Below, in pieces: positions 33,596 through 43,451 of a stretch of 64,000 nucleotides of DNA. The DNA comes from Mayamaea pseudoterrestris (lineage: Eukaryota). The stretch lies in assembly GCA_027923505.1 (NCBI GenBank), contig BROI01000023.1, positions 1 to 64,000 on the forward strand. Direction: 5' to 3'. Position 1 is the first letter of the stretch; the number at the start of each line of letters is the position of its first letter. Both the position numbers and the translations under genes were made by a program. Below the pieces are notes generated by a model. It made no database searches. It had not been told where the DNA came from and was given only the letters and a program-made list of their open reading frames with translations.

Positions 33596-34606
33596 TCATC
33601 GAGAATCGCTCGCATTACCCACAGATGACTCGTCTTCATCGCTTTCAATGTAGTACCATATTTTCTTATAGGGTGTCATTATAATCCACGTAAGACTGTC
33701 GTTTGATGGCGCGACGATTCGTAGTGTCGCCGCGCTGTTGGTATCAGAGAAAAGAGACCGTCTCCATCGTCGCCACAGTTTTCGATTCTTACCGGCATCA
33801 GGCTGGACAAGTCTTGCAGGCATCCACGCAGGGTACACATACGTGCCACAAGAATCAATGTTACCACCCTTCCACCAGCAGTAAAAGGTTGTTGAAAGAG
33901 CTGCTGGGCTTCGTAAGAACTTGTTGTCAGGTTGCAACCAACTGGCCGACGATGCGTTGGACGAGGATGAGGAGTCTGAATCTGGCTCCATCGCTTCGAC
34001 CACTAAGCTTTCGTTTCCTCCAGGACCTCCTTCTTCCTTTTTGTTGGTGACACAGAGAAAGTAGGAGTTTGGATGGAAACCGCCGCTTCCATTTCTATTG
34101 CAGTATACGGTCGCTACGTCACCCTTGACATTAAAGATGGAATCAGTCATGTAAGCAACAAGATCATGTAGTGAAATCCATCCGTCGCCATCAACATCGG
34201 CTGAATGTTCTCCCCGAGTGGCATCAATCATACAGCTTGTCAATGTCCAGTCAGGTCCTGCTACTTCGTTGGCAAGTGTGGACATAATTGCCAGATATGA
34301 GCATCGGAGTGGTACCGGATGCTCTTGTAGCGCCATAGCAAGACTTCCAGAGTAGCAGCAGTCCACGAGAAACATAATGTGTCGTCCTTGAAACAGCAAC
34401 TCAAGGTCGCTGATAATGTCTTGGTAGCGCCACAATTCGTTGTCACCGTGGGCTATTAGTGGCAGAGCTTCAAATTCTAGGAATTGATTCGACTCCTCTG
34501 GTGCTCTTCCTTCATCGTGGCTAATTGAATTTATCAAATCGTTGGTGGAATCAACACTTGTTCCCCCCAACGCTTCATCTACTTTTTCGTCATCGTCGCT
34601 GTCGGC

Positions 34607-34661
<55 letters not shown>

Positions 34662-35038
34662 CCACTTACACACAATCCATTCGGTAAGCCGTGTCCTCCA
34701 AGGTACAAGATTACTGTAGTAGTAGCTGACGATGATGCGTCGTTGAGAAATGTTTGAAACGAGTCTTGTACAACCTTCAAACCAGCATCCTTGTGGAGGC
34801 AAACGTTTGGAACGCCCGCCTCTTGGAGGGCGTGAGCGAGCGCAACGTCACCGTGAGTGTCACGACGCTGTGACCATTCGCTACTGTTTCCGACAATAAA
34901 GGCAGCGATCGAGTCGGGACGCGATAATGGTCCTTCCAGTTGTGAAATCTGGCTGGCCAAGTGTTTGGCAGCAGCAGCACCTCGACGCCTCAATCGTCTG
35001 ACGCCTGACTGATCATGGTTTCGTCTCTCTCGCATCAT
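33596..35038 (-). CDS. Caspase-like (clan CD, C14/C13-type) cysteine peptidase
   Basis: His motif VILYLGGHG and Cys motif MFLVDCCYSG, followed by ADVDGDGWISLHDLVAY, a motif common after prokaryote-type caspase domains. Confidence 0.78.
34608..34658. repeat. (CTG)17 microsatellite encoding poly-Ser in the caspase-like gene
   Basis: Direct count of the trinucleotide run. Confidence 0.95.
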
Positions 35039-35618
35039 GCTTCCAGCGTATCGTAGCACTACAACAGAACATTCGAACAACAAGTGTGTTGTTCATGCTC
35101 GACTCGGAGATAAAGCAACCGTCACTCACTGCAGATGAACCGAACGGGCGGTTGATGGATGTTGTGCGCGAGAGGATCTTTGTTTTGGCGATGGTAACGC
35201 TGCGACTTTTAAACTACGTACACTCACATATTATTTTGTTTCACATACTACCATTTGTCATCAACTCTACTAGTAGAATACTGTGAAAATTTCTATTGTT
35301 CGTAAGATATGAGTGGATTGGTTATATCAAATTTCGAACGACGAAACACAGCACGCCAATATATACAGCGCGCGACCCGTTCTCACAATGACTGGCAATG
35401 CGTTTCACTGGCAACAAGTCTACCGGTAGTTACCATTTACGAGTCAAGATAATATGCATTTTTAGTTTAGTAAGGAAAGACGACAAAAGGGAGGTACATA
35501 TCGAGTTTACAGTTCGCTCGAGAAGTCCACCCCTAGATCGGTCTTCGGAGCGTCATGCTGCAATTTCAGATATAAATTTGGTCTCGAGCGACATGAGACG
35601 ATTCTCGACGGATGTAAT

Positions 35619-36888
35619 TCAAAGTTGACTGAGTTGCGCATGAGCGGCCGCCGGGGCTTCTTCAGGACCAAATTCCTTTTGTTTAATGCTGATGAGCTCC
35701 TCCTTGCTCAATTCAATAAGGTCCGCCAACACAATACCAGGCGACCCTTGATTATAGTCAAAGGAGTAAGCAGTTGTTGAGAACGCTGATAGTTGCAACC
35801 CATCGCGTACAATGAGTTGAAACTTACCGTTGAACTGATTCGGACGAGTCAGTTCGAAAGCTACCATTCCGTTGACAGCACGGATCTGGCGGCAATCCCA
35901 ATGCAAGACGCTTGCAGTAGGGCGGTTGTTCTCGTCGACTTGAGCAAAGGCGACTCGAACGACTTGACTCGGCGAGCCATCTGCCAAGCGCACGATTGTC
36001 TCCAGAGCAATCATCGTACAAACTTTCATGACGATCGTTGCGCGATGAGTGGGAATCGCAAGCCAGGCGGACAACCAATCCGAAAAGGCGGGCGTCGTGG
36101 TTTCGGTGAGATCGTAGCCGTATAGCTCAAGCATGATTGGCTCAATGCGATCGGCGTCGTCGATACCTTTGGCGCTCAAGAGGCTACCATGTCCAACAAT
36201 CATATTTGACGACTTGACTCGTGGCGGCAAACAAGTACGGGACGACAATGCCGTTCGCCTCCATGATGAGAAATTTGACGAACGCCAATGCCGCCAAGCT
36301 CTCCGACGCGGGTTGAAACTTGAAGAAATTCAAAGACGCCAGTTTCTTGCCCCAGTCTGCTTGACTGAACGCCTTGCCGTAGGCTGCTGGAGTGAAGATG
36401 TCCGTCATGAATTCCGCGTCGTTCGACTCGGTCGTCATTTCAAACTCGCGAAACTCGCCCTGGATTGGAAGACCAGCGGCGAAAATGAGGACAGCGTCGG
36501 CGTCTGCTTGATACTTGGCGCGAATGTCGCTTGTCAACGGCGTTTCCGCCTCCGGAATGTAAGCTTGGATATTCCCATGGTCGTTATGCTGCATGGTGGG
36601 CCCGTAGCGAACGTACTTGGGCGCCGCCTCGCCTTCGCCATCAATGAGAAACGCTGGCGGCTTGCCTTCAATGAGGAGGACGACCAGTCCACTCAGGAGC
36701 GAAATGAGCTTTCCTACGTAGGGAAAGAGATAAAGATCCACGAATGCAAATCGAATATCACGGTTGAGCGCGGAGAATTCGCACCCCGGCAACGAACGGA
36801 AATGAGGCATCCCGTTACCTTGGGCGAGTCCATCGTTGACTTGTTCAAAGCGAGGATTGCCTTGATAGTCGGGGAAAGTATCGTCCAT
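35619..36888 (-). CDS. Hypothetical protein (~400 aa), probably two exons with a 55-nt intron at 36184-36238
   Basis: Overlapping ORFs 36184-37080 and 35619-36248 join in frame as ...IVVP-LLSAKG when GTACTT...TGGTAG is removed. First ATG at 36888. No family recognised. Confidence 0.55.
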
Positions 36889-37324
36889 GGTGATCAAGAG
36901 AGGAATGAAGAATAGATAAGGAGAACGCACTGCTTTTTGTGGCGCGGATCGATCCAAGAGTTGGCAAATTCTGCTTGGAAGCGCCGAAGACTCGCTGCGG
37001 CTCGGGCATCTGTTTTGTCGGACGACCAATGACGCATTGGATTCTTCGTGACTCAATTTCGCGTTTTCCAACGTGGACACAATTTTATATTGCCCTTTAT
37101 ACTATTGCCCAAGCGATGTCGGAAGTCCTCCTTTTATGCCCAAGGTCGTGACGCAGTTCCATTCCCAGTCACGTTGCGACAGCTTTCGATGATGGAACGA
37201 TCCGAAGAACAACCTCCTGTATCCGAATTTCGGTTGCTCTCGCCATGGCAACGACTTGAGCCTGCGTCAATAAAAGCACTTCTCGCTTTGCAACGCTAGC
37301 GTAGCAAACAAACGGCCAGAGGAA

Positions 37325-37756
37325 ATGTCATCCATGAATGATAATCAAGGTGGACTTCACGGTGAAGCTGCGCGAGCTTCCTACTACGACGAGGAAAATG
37401 AGGACGATGCAGATGATGATTCGACCCTCGATAGTGATGAAAGTGAAGTCGACACTGACGATGAAGATTTGGATGACGACTACTCGTCCGATAGTGATCC
37501 TAATCTAGATTCTCCTGATCGCTTCGCACTCTCGCATTTCCTGCAAGCTGAATGGGCGCGGACAGAAGAGTCTCAAAAGCGGCATGCCATTGAGCACCTT
37601 TACCTTGTCATTGGTAGCCCGCCCACGGAGGAATGGAACGGTCCAGATGGAACATTTGCAAACATTCGACGTCGCATGTACTTGACGCCGGCGGATGTTA
37701 GCGATTCTTACCTGCATGCCATTCTTGCCGCCTTTTGCGAGCGCAATGCAAATTGA
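37325..37756 (+). CDS. Small hypothetical protein with an acidic N-terminal half
   Basis: 143-aa ATG-initiated ORF with a D/E-rich tract followed by a globular-looking tail. Confidence 0.55.
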   Translation: MSSMNDNQGGLHGEAARASYYDEENEDDADDDSTLDSDESEVDTDDEDLDDDYSSDSDPNLDSPDRFALSHFLQAEWARTEESQKRHAIEHLYLVIGSPPTEEWNGPDGTFANIRRRMYLTPADVSDSYLHAILAAFCERNAN

Positions 37757-37918
37757 TCTTGACTCGGAGCTTTCAATTGTCAAATCGCCATTCGATATGA
37801 GTTTTGAAGATGTCTTTAACCAAAATAAACTTTATATATTATGTATACGTATTATGTATATCACTTCCGGAGCACGGCACTTTTCAAAGGTCAACTGTGA
37901 AAGATATAACTCTCTCAA

Positions 37919-40900
37919 TCAAGCATTCGCAACGGGCAGACCTTGTTCAGCCACGTCCCTTGGCTCAATCTTACTCCACCATGACGATTCTGAGTCAAAA
38001 ATGTCACTATCTCGTCCAAAACTGGTGCTGCTGCCGCTCATGAGACGCCTCGTTGCCAGACGATTGGGGCGAGCATCGCTGTTGACAACGTCACCCAGCA
38101 ATGCACCATGTGCATTTGATAAGCGCTGCAACACTGCACCGGCTTCCCAATCCCGGTAAAGAGTATAACTTCTTTGTATGTAGTCTGATGCCAGTTCCTC
38201 GTCGTCCGCCGCCAATGCGTGCAAGGCAAGTAGTTCGCAAGCGACTGCTTCCAAGTGCCGCAGACCAGATCGATGCAAAGCAATAATCGCCTTTTCGAAT
38301 CCTTCCTTCACGTCAGGAAGCTTGCCATTGGTGACCGCGAGATGCTGGGCTTCGACAAGCCAAAAGCTTGCCGTGACATTGACGCAGCCTTTGGACACGA
38401 ACCGTTCCAATACCTTGCGACAAGCGTTTCCAGCGGCTAATGCTTTTCTACTCTTACTGCGCATATAATCCTTGTACCAAACAAGGCCGGAGAAGGTGCA
38501 AATGACAGCGAAACTGTAATGCCCACTTAAGTTGCGAAAAAATTGCAATGGAATGCTAGAGACAATCTGTGTCGCCAATTCCCACTCGTCCATAAACACG
38601 TAAAGTTGCATTTGCAGCTTGGAAACAAAGCGGGCAATGACGCCACCTTTATGCACGAAGCGGGCCATAAATGCTTCCTCGCCCAGGATGCGCCCGTCAA
38701 ACGCCAATGGATCCTCTGATTCGCCCGCCAAATTAAAAGTATATTGCCAGATAAATAAGAATTCTGCAGCCATGTGATCTTGGTTGCACTGACGGGCCTG
38801 TCGGAAATAACCAGCGCTATCATGCATCATTGCACTCAAGGGATAGCTGCAACAATCTTGAAATGAAAGTCTGGTACCTGCGCATATAAAGGCCGATTCT
38901 GGATCGCCCGACGCCATGCCCATGTGATATCCTTGTTCCAGCAAGCGAAGACTCTGATACAGAGGCTTGCGGAGATGGTCGACAAAAGCAACCAAGAAGA
39001 AAATGACAATCGCTCGGTTCTCTTTGGATATCTTCCTTTTCGATAGATGCACTGCAAGCTCTCCAAACCGAAATGCATCCTCGTATTTTCCTTCGTGAGA
39101 CAGCGCTTGCGCGTAAAAAGCGAAAATCGCTGGCGAAGCCTTGCATAAACCGAGTTGTGCCGTGCGAGAGAGGCATCGCCTCATGACTAAGGTTTTGAAG
39201 GAATGATCAGCTTGCATATAGGAATTGACACCCAGCATACATAGCAACATTAATCGGTAGCGGTCCGCCTTATTTCTTATGGTCGGGAGATGAGCAATTT
39301 GGTCGTTTGACATGCTCAATATAGCACTCACGTCGTTGCGAGACCAAAAGAGGTTTTTTTGAGATGCCCGTGGAGGGAACGACTCTCCGAGCAATCCCAA
39401 TGCACGCAGCATGATCTCACGACTTTCGACCAGCTTACTCTGTATGCGCAATGACTTGGCCAACACAATGTACGCAGCAACTTTTTCCGTATCGTTTTTG
39501 GCATTGTCGACCACAATATCTGTCGCAAATTTGACTCGATCGTGCCGACCGACTACCAGTTCCACTTCGGCAGATCGTTGATACAAATGCCGCGTGAGGT
39601 CATAGTCTGACTCCCACGAATCTGTTGTTCGCGCAATCACATCAACGGCCGTGGACAAGTAGTCGGCTGCGTGCGCGAAAGCGGATCGCAGGGCAGCTTG
39701 CTCAGCCGCTTCCAAATTAAGCTTAGCGAGCGTCAGCTTGGAATGACAATCCGCCAAATTGTCAACTCCTCGATTTAAAACTTCGACTGCTGCAAACAGT
39801 TTGCACTTTTTGTCTGGTCGTAATCGATACAAGCCAAGTATTACAAACCCCAGTCGCAGATAGCTCGCCGCAAGCTCATTACAGGTGCAAACGGATGGGT
39901 CGCCATTGATGCGACGGTCCGACATTTCAAAAAAGGCCGCTTGGATTGTGTTATGGGTGAAACTGTACCAACCATTAGCCTGCGCGGCCAGCAGTCGCAT
40001 TGAAACGCACTGCTGTAGTCGTTCAATGACGTAAATTTTGGTCTCGGACAACGCCTTGTTCGCGCACATGCCATTCACACACCGCATTGTGGCATCTGCT
40101 GCCAATGTATTTACGTTCGAAACAACACTCATGCCCTGCCAGACTATTGCCAGGTCATCTTGGTCAAACGAAAAACCAAGATAGGATGCAATCTGCAAAA
40201 GAGAGCGGGTTGTTCCATCTAGCCTCTCAATCTGTTCCAACACGAGCGAGGCAACATTGTCAGCGACATGTACCAAGCTTTCTTGCAGCTTAGTTTCGTC
40301 ATCCCACGTCCACTTGTAGGTATCAAGTGAATACGTCAGTAACTCTTGTCGCTGAAGCAAATCTAGAAATTGAACAATGAAAAGTGGATTGCCAAGTGTC
40401 TTGGCGTAGAGAATGGTCGCCAATGATTGCGTTTCCTCGGGCCTCAGCTCCAACACGGTAGATAGCATTGCATTCACATCATTTACAGAAAGATTGTTCA
40501 GCGTCATGGTAATGCTCAAGGTGTCGTTATTGTTGCTACTGCTATCGTATTCATCGTTGCAACACGAAGCCTCGCGCACAAGGCAAGCGACTCGAGTCAC
40601 TCCTTGTTCGTTGACGTTGGTTTCATCGTCCGTTGTTCGCTCGGATAGGATCAAACGACAGTTTTCTATACCAAAGTCATTCTCCAGTATTGCCTTGAGT
40701 AGCTCCAAACTATTATCGTCGGCCCATTGTACATTGTCAATCCACAAGACGCACTGCTGCTGCTGATTCTTCTGTGCTGCTGCACTACTGATTGCTCGAC
40801 ATACGCAGGCCAGCAGGGAGCAATACAAATGGGCGAAGCGGTCGACGGACGTTGCCGCAAACGTGCTATGAGTGTACACGGAATGCGTGCTGCTGGCAGT

Positions 40901-41404
40901 GTCGGACTCGGCGAGGAGAATGGAACTACTGGAGCTTACTTCATCGTCGCAAATTGCCGACGCTCTCATATAGACGCCTAGTTGTGGTATGAGATCCAGT
41001 AGACACTGAACGTCACTTAGTGTCATGCGTTGATATATAATGGCTTGGAGTCGTTCATTCTGCCTTGTCGCCACCAGTCGCACCAATTCAACCAGGGCAA
41101 ACGTCCAAGCTGCGTATGGAATGGAATGCTTCTGGATCAAATTGAAGACACCCGTCGCAAACAGAAGATTATGTGAATCTTGTTGGCTATTCAGCCAATG
41201 TTCCATAAGATACGACTTGCCAGTTCCCAAAGAGCCTTGTATCAGTAGTGATTGAAGTGGATTATATTGTGAATAGTGATGGTAACGATGCAAAGGTTGC
41301 TCATGGATGGAAGTCGATTCCTGCAGCAACGCGTCGAGCTGCTCGAGCTGCAACTCTCGACCGACTAAGGGAACACTCTGCAGGTCCAATTGAACGGTCG
41401 GCAT
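37919..41404 (-). CDS. STAND-class P-loop ATPase (AAA_16/COG3899-like) with a helical TPR-like C-terminus
   Basis: LVGRELQL, Walker A GSLGTGKS, Walker B LWIDNVQWAD, KTLGNPLFIVQFL, YSFTHNTIQ, LNLEAA..A..Y. Intronless. Confidence 0.88.
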   Translation of the reverse strand: MPTVQLDLQSVPLVGRELQLEQLDALLQESTSIHEQPLHRYHHYSQYNPLQSLLIQGSLGTGKSYLMEHWLNSQQDSHNLLFATGVFNLIQKHSIPYAAWTFALVELVRLVATRQNERLQAIIYQRMTLSDVQCLLDLIPQLGVYMRASAICDDEVSSSSSILLAESDTASSTHSVYTHSTFAATSVDRFAHLYCSLLACVCRAISSAAAQKNQQQQCVLWIDNVQWADDNSLELLKAILENDFGIENCRLILSERTTDDETNVNEQGVTRVACLVREASCCNDEYDSSSNNNDTLSITMTLNNLSVNDVNAMLSTVLELRPEETQSLATILYAKTLGNPLFIVQFLDLLQRQELLTYSLDTYKWTWDDETKLQESLVHVADNVASLVLEQIERLDGTTRSLLQIASYLGFSFDQDDLAIVWQGMSVVSNVNTLAADATMRCVNGMCANKALSETKIYVIERLQQCVSMRLLAAQANGWYSFTHNTIQAAFFEMSDRRINGDPSVCTCNELAASYLRLGFVILGLYRLRPDKKCKLFAAVEVLNRGVDNLADCHSKLTLAKLNLEAAEQAALRSAFAHAADYLSTAVDVIARTTDSWESDYDLTRHLYQRSAEVELVVGRHDRVKFATDIVVDNAKNDTEKVAAYIVLAKSLRIQSKLVESREIMLRALGLLGESFPPRASQKNLFWSRNDVSAILSMSNDQIAHLPTIRNKADRYRLMLLCMLGVNSYMQADHSFKTLVMRRCLSRTAQLGLCKASPAIFAFYAQALSHEGKYEDAFRFGELAVHLSKRKISKENRAIVIFFLVAFVDHLRKPLYQSLRLLEQGYHMGMASGDPESAFICAGTRLSFQDCCSYPLSAMMHDSAGYFRQARQCNQDHMAAEFLFIWQYTFNLAGESEDPLAFDGRILGEEAFMARFVHKGGVIARFVSKLQMQLYVFMDEWELATQIVSSIPLQFFRNLSGHYSFAVICTFSGLVWYKDYMRSKSRKALAAGNACRKVLERFVSKGCVNVTASFWLVEAQHLAVTNGKLPDVKEGFEKAIIALHRSGLRHLEAVACELLALHALAADDEELASDYIQRSYTLYRDWEAGAVLQRLSNAHGALLGDVVNSDARPNRLATRRLMSGSSTSFGRDSDIFDSESSWWSKIEPRDVAEQGLPVANA

Positions 41405-41576
41405 GATAAATTTGTGGAAGAACAGTGATTTGGTGCAGTATAATGCAAGTGATACAGTAATGAAGCAGGCAATTGAGTGCTGTGCCGACTCGGAATGATC
41501 CGATGTGGCGCATTTTTGCAAATTAGCGAGTCGTGCAGAGATCAAATGCCAAAGGACGTCATCTGAAGTCACAACA

Positions 41577-41649
41577 GCACCATTAGCTCAGTAGGTAGAG
41601 CGCAAGACTGTTAATCTTGAGGCCATTGGTTCGATCCCAATATGGTGCG
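41577..41649 (+). tRNA. tRNA-Asn (GTT)
   Basis: Acceptor GCACCAT/ATGGTGC, D-arm GCTC/GAGC, anticodon arm CAAGA-CTGTTAA-TCTTG, T-arm ATTGG-TTCGATC-CCAAT. A TTTT run follows. Confidence 0.97.
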
Positions 41650-41742
41650 CACCCTTTTGGTTCTGTTTTAATGCTTTTCTATTGCTGTAGTAAGAAATAG
41701 AATAACGCAACAACAGCTCTATCATTGTAATGTCGCAACTAA

Positions 41743-42215
41743 TCAGTGCAGTTGGTTTATTGTTACGCCAGTTTCATTAACTCGAAAGGGAGCAGGGGCT
41801 GTAACCTTCAGCATGGCACCATTGGCCAGCACTGGAATCTCGAGGCTTGCGGCATGCAGGCACATGCGTTCCAATCGTTCCGCAGCATCATGACTGGATG
41901 AAGTCTGATATGTATGATCGCCGACAATGCCATGTCCGAGCAGAGCCATGTGGACGCGTAATTGGTGCCGACGACCGGTCAGTGGCGACAGTGAAACTTG
42001 CGTGACTGGTCCCTTTTTAGCCTTTGGCTGCAAGTAGCCATGCGCCGCGTTTTCGATTCGACATTCCGTCAAGGAAGGCTTAAAGTCCAAAGTAATGTCG
42101 TCGCTGTCGTTGGCGCATACGAGATTGGAACCTGACGCTTGCTCTTGTTGATTGGAATGAATGCGCATGGCGAAATCATCCTCCGTCTGGGCGAGCGGCG
42201 CAAAAATGTAAAAGA

Positions 42216-42262
<47 letters not shown>

Positions 42263-43179
42263 TCTAATGCCTCGCCTTCCTTGACGCGAAAAAAGGTGGG
42301 AAGCTGTAGCGGATCAATGTGATCGACCTTTGATGCGTCCAGTTTGCGCTTGGCAGTAACATTGTAAATATTAGCGGCTCGCTCAAAGTAATGCGTCTTT
42401 CGCGCATCCTTGACTTGTTTCCATCTCATGGTTTCAAGCGCATGTATCTCCTCTGCGGACAATGTTTCTAATTGTTGCCACACGTCCTTCCATTCGTTGG
42501 GCGTCAGCTTGGATTGGGTTCGTTCCTTGCCAATGTGCTTGCGCTGCATTTGCCACTGCTGAAACAATGCATGCGGAGGTTGGAAACCATTCCAAGTGTC
42601 TTTTCGACGCTTACGTCTCGTCGATCGATACAATGACTCTTGCATCTCCATCGAAGATTGCAGTTGCTCGCGAGAAATCACGGGCCAGTCTTTGTGTATC
42701 TGAACGTGTCCGTGAACGAGCGCAACGTAGCCCTTCTTGGCCTGCCGATTCTCAAACGCCAGTCGAGCAGTATTAGCAGCAACCTTGTGTCGCGCCACAA
42801 GTAATATACCGCTGGTAGCATAGTCGAGTTGATGGCATGGTCGCAGCAAGCCATCCGAGTCCGAATCTTGGTCGAGTGGCAAAGGCTGTGAAGGAAACCA
42901 AGTTGCCAAGAGCTTTCGCACCGTCGCAGGGTATTCACCGTCCATTCGCAAGTCAGGAGGCTTGTTGAGCACAATGTAGTCGTCAGATTCGTAAATGATA
43001 CTCTTGGATCGATCCAGTTGCTGCATCAAGTGTGACAAGGAGCACTGGCTTGACGATCCCCAGCAGGGATCGTCAACGATTGCATGAGCAGCATCTCCTG
43101 CAGCAGCAGTCATTCGAGCTCGCTTGCCTGATGCCACAGAAATTCGTTTCGCCCCACAGAGAACTGATCGGCTCAGCAT
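41743..43179 (-). CDS. RluA-family pseudouridine synthase
   Basis: VLNKPPDL, HQLDYATSG (catalytic Asp), YVALVHG, TGRRHQLRVHM, RMCLHAASL. Confidence 0.92.
42218..42253. repeat. (CTG)12 microsatellite encoding poly-Ser
   Basis: Direct count of the trinucleotide run. Confidence 0.9.
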
Positions 43180-43451
43180 TCATGGACAGTGGCCAGGAAG
43201 ATGGGAAAGTGGACACAAGATAGACGAAATTTGCTGCGTTGCTTCTTCCTTGTGATGGTCGGCGCGTCGAATGTGTCGCGCATGTCGCACCGTTAATAGT
43301 TTGCTTTCCACTTCCAAACGCACCTCGGAGACTGTATTTGATAGTATACTATAGCGTACTATGTTCGATTGTTGACGAGATATAAAGCACTTCACGTTAC
43401 AACAACATGCATCCCTAACATACATAGTAGCTGCGAGCATTCAAACCGCGA

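Noticed and set aside
34525..34802. Poly-Cys, poly-Leu and poly-Gln ORFs
   Set aside because: They are alternative-frame readings of the (CTG)17 tract.
36133..36915. 260-aa plus-strand ORF
   Set aside because: It is antisense to the more protein-like minus-strand gene and is probably a shadow ORF.
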